Origin: Octopus vulgaris
Taxonomy: Eukaryota
NCBI GenBank assembly: GCA_951406725.2
Contig: OX597818.1
Coordinates: 84,258,001 to 84,322,000 of the forward strand
DNA length: 64,000 bases
Direction: 5' to 3'
Part shown: in pieces, positions 54,406-64,000 of the stretch
Position numbering within the stretch: position 1 is the first letter of the stretch
Layout of the letters: the number at the start of each line of letters is the position of its first letter
The notes under the pieces: model-generated
Told to the model about the DNA's origin: nothing
The model's database searches: none
What the model saw: only the letters and a program-made list of their open reading frames with translations
Translations under genes and position numbers: made by a program

Positions 54406-54550
54406 TAAAATTTGTTTTTGTAATCTCGTAACGACATGAGATGAAGTGTTTTCCTCAACAACACAATTCAACCCCCATTCTACGAAATTAAAGCCACGAT
54501 CTCGTGATCGTGAATGCAAGCACCCTGAACATAAGCCATGTATACTCACA

Positions 54551-54614
<64 letters not shown>

Positions 54615-54781
54615 TTTCCCCTCTCCATGCCACCGTTGTTATCCAAGGGAAAGGCAAAGGCCGATACGGCCAAGCCCGGTCCGGGAATCGAACTCACTGT
54701 TTCATTATTGTGAGCCCAACGCTCTAATCACTGGGCCATGCGCCCTCATATGTCTGTGCGTATGGCTGTGTGTATGTATGC

Positions 54782-54828
<47 letters not shown>

Positions 54829-54850
54829 CATACATACATACATACATACA

Positions 54851-54886
<36 letters not shown>

Positions 54887-55155
54887 TATAGACGTGTGTG
54901 TGTGGCAACTACTAATGATTCGAGTAAATGTGCTAAGTATTATGGTTATGCATATTAATTCATTTATATCAATCGATGTTACTCTGGAGTTTCCCCGCTT
55001 TGGACTTTTGTCCATTCTTCAAGCAGTTTTTTTTTCCGTTTTGCTTTTTCTTTGTCTTGTTTTATTTTGTTTTGCCTTTTTTCCCCCATGACAGACTAGT
55101 CACAGATCCAAAGAGCAACAGGCTCCTGAATCGGCGTAAATAAAATTCACGCGCA

Positions 55156-55209
<54 letters not shown>

Positions 55210-55354
55210 TACACACACACACACATATACACATACATACACACATATCAGAAAGAAAGTGAATACACATGATACATACTCAACGCATATTACGAAGAGA
55301 GAGAGAGATAGACAGACAGACACAAAGACAGAGAAAGAGGGGACATAGAGCCGT

Positions 55355-55393
<39 letters not shown>

Positions 55394-55714
55394 AACTGAG
55401 ATAAAGAGAGAGAGACACAGAGCCCGAGAGAGATAGTCAGCGAGGAAGACCTACCTAGCGTTGGCTAGCTTTAATATTTCGTGTTCACTGGTGCTTGGTA
55501 TTAGACAGGATTACTTAAAAAGGATAACTGACCAGTTCCGTATGAATTGATTGGGGCATCCCTTATTGAATTACTTCACCAATCAATTAGCTTTCATAAC
55601 AGCATGTTCTTGTACAGGGCTGACTAATATAGATCACATGATCCTTGTTCATTTTCCCTTTTGCCGTGTAGAGACTATTTTTGAAGGGGGTCGTGAGCTA
55701 TCTGACATGAAGTA

Positions 55715-56260
55715 ATAATGTTGAAGTTGTGGTGGGGGGTGATGGCATTGTTGTTGTTGTTGTTGTTGCTGGTGGTGGTGGCAGTGATGGTGGTGGTGGT
55801 GGTGGTGGTGGTGGTGGTGGTTGTGGTGGTGGTGGAGACAACGTTTGAGATGGCAGCAGTGTCGGTGATGGTGGTAGTGGTCGTGGAATGGTGGTTGTAG
55901 TAGTGGTTGTGGTTTTGGTGATGGTTGTGGTGGTGGCGGTTGTGGCGGTGGTGGTGGTGGATATGGTGGTCGGGGTGGGGTGGTAGTGGTAGTGGTGGTT
56001 GTGGTGGTGGTGGTGGTGATGGTGGCGGTATGTAGGGGAAGTAATGATGGTGGTTGTTGTGGTTTTGGTGGAGGTAGTGATGTGATGGTGGTTTGGTGGT
56101 GGTGTGGTACTGGTGGTGGTGATTTTGGTGGTACTTGTGGTGTTTGTTGTATAGCTGGTCGTATTGGTGGTGATGATGGTGATAACAAAAGTCATAACAA
56201 ATATATATGTATGGTAATTTTAACCGGTGATACTGGTGTGGTGGTGTGTAGGTTGTAGTG
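55715..56260. repeat. Degenerate (GGT)n low-complexity tract
   Basis: Direct inspection. Confidence 0.93.
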
Positions 56261-57576
56261 GCATGCGTAAGAGGACAATCGCAACAATATTAATTGTATG
56301 CAAATCTACATACACACACACACACATACACACACACACACGCACACACACACACATATATATATATGCCCATATTTCTTCATAAGTTTGATCCTTTGTG
56401 TGAGCGCGTGTGTGTGTGTGTGTGTAGTCGTAGGTTGATTATGGTTGAAAAAATTACGAAATGTCAACAAATGGAAAGACGTCACCAGAAAGCTACTTAA
56501 CCATAACTAATCCGACGCTAAAATACAATATTACGAACTACAAAACATTGATGACGCCTGCATAAGTAACAACACCATTATTTTCAGTATCAGCTAATGC
56601 GCGCGCGCGTGTGTGATTGTTTCTCCTCTCCCGATAGATTCTCAACCGAGATTTGTTTGTTTACGTCCGCATTCTCTAGTGAATCGGCAAGAAAAGACCA
56701 ATATAATTAGTACCAAACTTCAAATATAAGTACTGGTGCCGGTGTGCTCGACCTAAATACCACCAAGACGGTACATCATCATGGCTGCAGTCTAATGACT
56801 TCCAAGTCAAATGTAGTAGTATTCGATGTTCTAACATGACATCCATATCAAGTTAGATATAAAAATTGCCTCTTTTCACTAATACTGCTTCCGTCGCTAA
56901 TACCTATTTTATAGATACGTGTGTGCGTGCGCGCGCCTCTGTGTGCATCTACATCTATCTATATATACATATATACATACATGTATGTACGTATGCATAC
57001 TTGTATGTTTGTATGTATGTTTGCTCTCTTTCATTCTTAAATTTTTGAAAGCTACCTATAAGTAAGAGGGTAGTTTCTAATAAAGATACTAAACTGCATC
57101 GTTGGAATCTTGGTGACAAAAACAATGTCACATTTTAAACTTGAGAATATATTTGCATACTTTTACTGCTCCACTTACAAATTGTATTTGTAATGAGCAA
57201 AGTAGCTGGTTGAATTTCTTTTGTATGAGATCTGTAGCTCATCATGATTATCACTTAGTAATCAACTCACATATCTAAGTGCACCAATAGTATAATTATA
57301 AATTCATAATCTGATCATAGAAGGCTTCAAAGCACTTGTCGGTAGTTATCTTCTTACTCTTTGATTTTCGAAGAGATCACTGTATACATGAATTTATTTA
57401 TTGAGCTTCGTTACACACTTCTTTGTTTGTTGATATATTGCTTTATATTTCTACGCTTCTTAAGTACGTAATTTTGCATGTCTAATATCTTGCGTTTGCG
57501 TCATTGTTGCCCTAAGTTTTATTCGTGTTACTTCTGTAGTTTATACCTATACCTGCCATGGGCGCACACATACATA

Positions 57577-59480
<1,904 letters not shown>

Positions 59481-59551
59481 AAATTGAGAGATGTACCTCG
59501 TTTAATATGAAAACAGTGGTTGCCTGCTCAACCTACAAATAAAGAATACTT

Positions 59552-59604
<53 letters not shown>

Positions 59605-60004
59605 AACTTAAAAGGCCTCCGCACACTTTCCATTTAGCAAATTCACTCTCTAGGCATTGTCCTGGACCTGGCCTTTTGTAGGATGCACTTGCCGAAAGCG
59701 TCACGAGGGCAGTGCAATCGAGCACTAAGCCATATACTATATGTCAATAATTTTCTTTGCTAATAGGTCTGACGAAACAAGCTATTTACACATTATTACA
59801 TATAATACGTATCGAAGAAATCTCCACGCCTCTAATATATAGAATACATAACAGTTTAAGCCTTAGTTAGGTGACACATGGGCACATGCTCTGGGTGCAT
59901 TGCACCTCATTGCAGAAGTAGTTGTAATATAACGCAGTTGATAACTTAATTCCTGTTCTTTCGTCATTCAATAATTAATATTATGTCTTGTACATGCCCA
60001 ACGC

Positions 60005-60137
60005 ACCGCCGAGATCGACTTTGCCTTTCATCGTTTCGGGGTCAATAAATTAAGTACCAGTTGCATACTGGGGTCGATCTTATCGACTGGGCCCCTCATC
60101 CAAAACTTCTGGCCTTGAGCCTAGAGTAGAAAAGATT
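60005..60137 (+). mobile_element. 5'-truncated SINE family B
   Basis: CCGCCGAGATCGACTTTGCCTTTCATCG..GTAGAAAAGATT. Confidence 0.88.
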
Positions 60138-60241
60138 CTAAAGCATATATACACATTGAGCCGAAACAACTGGTTATTAGTATCGGTGTGGCTAAGCAAA
60201 ACTATAACATATGTGTGTGTGTGTGCATGTGTATATGTATA

Positions 60242-60306
<65 letters not shown>

Positions 60307-60312
<6 letters not shown>

Positions 60313-60637
60313 TAAAGGACTGACCACTAAATGTGGACGGTCATGCTGATGAGCTTGCAGATTTTCGCGTATACATATACGTGAATATTAACAAGTGAAA
60401 CTGATCGGTACATAGGTAATCGTTTTTGATTTCATATATTTTCATTTGTCTTACTTACTTACTTTTTACATGCTTCGTGGAAAGTAGCGATTTTGACGTC
60501 CATATCTAGCATATTGACCGTCCACTTTTAATGGTCAGCCCTGTAAATTTTATATGTAAAAAATATTTAATCTTCGGATTTTTTAATATGCTACGCCACT
60601 GGTTTTAATTGATTAACATCAATTTCTACCCTTATTC

Positions 60638-60641
<4 letters not shown>
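60307..60641 (+). mobile_element. Penelope-like 3' end with inverted 5' segment and hammerhead, in (TA)n
   Basis: Imperfect arms 60307-60347 and 60508-60551; shares its 3' end with 48240-48315. Confidence 0.7.
60343..60413 (+). ncRNA. Type-I hammerhead ribozyme motif, canonical core
   Basis: ATG-CTGATGA-GCTTG..TTCGCGTATA ca TATACGTGAA..CAAGT-GAAA-CTGATCGG-TA-CAT. Confidence 0.8.
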
Positions 60642-60679
<38 letters not shown>

Positions 60680-60719
60680 CGTGTGTGTGGGCTTGCTTCG
60701 GATGTGCGCTTGCGTATGT

Positions 60720-62795
60720 TTGCATACATACCCACACACTCGCATGCATCCCTACCCACATACATACACGCACACCTACTCACACACACACATACACACA
60801 CACACATACCCGCACACACACACACATACATACATACACACACATACCCACTTCTGACATACACACACACAGACATACACCCATACACCCACACTCACAC
60901 GCATACACACACACACATACACACGCACACGTACACATACACACTCACACACCTACATACATACATTACACTTGTATACACACACACTTACATTCATACA
61001 CACACACACCTACACAGCCATACCCTCACTCAGACACACACATCTACCTACACACACACACAAACACACACTGACACACACCCATACATACATACATCTA
61101 CACACTCACGCCTACACACATACATACACACATACATAAACACACACACATACACATACACACACATACGCACACACGCATATACTTATACACATGCACA
61201 CACACACACATACATACATACACCCATATACATACACACACACATACCTACATACTCCTATACGCACATACATACACACAGACATACACACATACACACT
61301 CACACAAACATACACACACACATACTTACACACACACTCACCTGCACGCGCACACACATGCATGACAAACACTCATACACTCACACTCACATACGCACAC
61401 ACCAACATAAACACGCACACGCACACACACACCTACACTCCCACACACATACACACGCACCTACATACACACACGCACGCATACACACGCGTACACACAT
61501 ACATTACACACGTACACACACACCTACATACACATGCATACACACACACACACAAACATGCACGGACACACCGAGACATACATACATACACCTATATACA
61601 CACGCCCACACACCTACATACACACACATATACACACGCCCACACAGCTACATACACACACATACATACACACATACACGGACACACCCATACATACTTA
61701 CATACATACACCTATACACACACGCCTACACACCTACACACACACATGCATACACACACACTTGTACGCACATACACACACATATACGCACACACATATA
61801 TACCCACACACATGCACACACACATACGCACATACATGCACGCATGCACACGCGCACACCTACACGCATACACACACACACACGCACGTACACATACATA
61901 CATACACACACGCATACATACACCCATACACATACATGCATCCTACACACACATACATACACACTCACACATACATACACACACACGCACTCACTCACAC
62001 ACCTGTATGTTCGCGCACACACATGCACATACACACACTTCCCCACACCCACACGTACATACATACACACTCATACACATACACACACACACACACACAC
62101 GGACATACATCTATGCACACACATATATACACACATACTCACATACATTCATCGGACACACTGCCACCCAGACATACACACAGACACACTCACACATCCA
62201 CACACACACATACGTACGCGCAAACTCGCAGGCGCGCGCACACACGCGCTTGCGCCGGTTCGCGCACGCATGCGCGCCGCATGCACCTCGCCCTTGGACC
62301 CGACGAGACCTCCCGCCCGTTCCTGGGATGTCGCTTGTCGTTGGGTTTTCCCACGCCCGTCTCCGCGGGACCACTCTTCCATCTTCCCCTCCGCTGGAGT
62401 CCTTTTCCTAAACCCCCCCCCTTTTTTTTTCGTTACACACACGCGCACACATATACACACATTGCTTAAACATATACATTACTCTTACACACATTCAATC
62501 TACTCGCCACTAATACTACCACGACACTGGACACACACACACACTACTACTCAACACACGCTGGCACGCTACATACGCCCCCACCCCTTCCCCTCCCTCC
62601 CTTCCTCCTTCCTCCCTTTTCTTACTACTGACCTTTGTCTGCTATGCTGCTGCTATGCTGACCACCGTCTCGCCCTACCTCACACGCCTACACACAGACG
62701 CACACACTAACACATACATATATTTTTTGTTTTTTTACCTCGCCTCACACACACACATACACACACGCACACGCACACACTCACACATACACACA
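60720..62795. repeat. ~2-kb degenerate (CA/TA)n tract with weak higher-order repeats
   Basis: Recurrent CACGGACA (61561, 61677, 62098) and CACCTATA.ACACACGCC.ACACACCTACA (61589, 61709). Confidence 0.93.
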
Positions 62796-62919
62796 CATCT
62801 GTTGCGTTACCAACCTTGTCTCCACTCTTTTGCCTTTAAAAACCCACTTTGCTCTTGTTATCGTAAACATCCGCCTTTCACCATGTGCTACTCCTAACAC
62901 CAGTCGTTTTTTTTTTTTT

Positions 62920-63100
62920 TTTTTCTCTATCTCCGTTGCCCGCTCCGGGATCTTTCTTTCCTCTCTCTTCCTTCTTTATGTTTCCGACGAAGAGCTCCGC
63001 TCGAAACGTCATACCTCCCTGATTCCATTTCCTGAGCGCCTATTAATAATAATACTGTAATTGTTCCATTGTTGTTGTTTTTTTGTTTCCCGTTTGGATT

Positions 63101-63107
<7 letters not shown>
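62920..63107 (+). mobile_element. Short Penelope-like fragment with minimal hammerhead (62980-63014)
   Basis: GTTT-CCGACGA-A-GAGC tcc GCTC-GAAA-CG-TC-ATAC; ends TTTGGATTAAAAT(TA)n like 6148-6325. Confidence 0.7.
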
Positions 63108-63157
<50 letters not shown>

Positions 63158-63569
63158 TGTGTGTGTGTATACCTACATACACATATACATACATATATAC
63201 AAAACAGATAGATAGACAAACAGACAGACAAACAACCAGGTAGATAGGCAGATAAATAGATAGAAATACAGACAGACAGACAGACAGATACATAGATACA
63301 TACATAGATGGATAGATAGATAACAAGGTAGATAGATAGATATGTGCATTTTGAGAAAAATGTGACATTCAGAAAAAAATAATAATTGACGGTTACTCAT
63401 GCGACAAACTGCAGTTGCCAGAATACAATTTAATATATATATATATATAAACAATATACTCTCTAACGTGTGTTGAGACCTTACATTTCCATTCATTTGC
63501 AAAACGTAACGACTGATTATGATGTACATCAACAAGTATATGTGTGTGTGTGAGCGCGTATGTGAATGC

Positions 63570-63659
<90 letters not shown>

Positions 63660-64000
63660 TTATTTTATATATATATATATATATATATGCGTATTTATGT
63701 ATGTATATATATGTGTGTTTATATAAGCACATAAACGTATACTGTACGAATTGTGTAGTCAAATATGAACATATGAACATATTTCTCATTCATTTACCTA
63801 TTTCTCAATTTCTTACTACGTGAAAGTATGCATGTGTACACACACACATGCGTGCTTACACACACACATTTATATATATGTTTATATATGTACGCATATA
63901 TTTTGTAGATGCATGTATACACAAGCCCACACATACACACGCCTGTCTATCTATCTTTATAGATACATACAAACATACGTACGTACGTACCTATGTACAG

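Noticed and set aside
60683-62710. 675-aa His/Thr-rich ORF and overlapping long ORFs
   Set aside because: Translation of a CA/TA tract that lacks stop codons by composition; several frames are open.

Overview
AT-rich, microsatellite-saturated animal genomic DNA. The tRNA-headed SINE families look like those I recall from Octopus, so an octopus/cephalopod origin is my inference. I find no intact host gene, and nearly all tracked ORFs are translated simple repeats. The window is a transposon graveyard: three tRNA-derived SINE families, many R4/Dong-type (RT plus restriction-like endonuclease) LINE fragments, an L1/Tx1-like ORF1 relic, a full-length decayed mariner, a decayed Chapaev3-like transposase, a Penelope-like (GIY-YIG) 3' fragment and a truncated U6 snRNA copy. 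The most notable unannotated signal is about 10 type-I hammerhead ribozyme motifs, read by hand. They sit in short Penelope-like inserts that land in (TA)n tracts, often with inverted 5' segments or inverted duplications of flanking DNA. Three keep an intact CUGANGA/GAAA/NUH core. Boundaries of decayed elements are approximate and no database search or folding was run.
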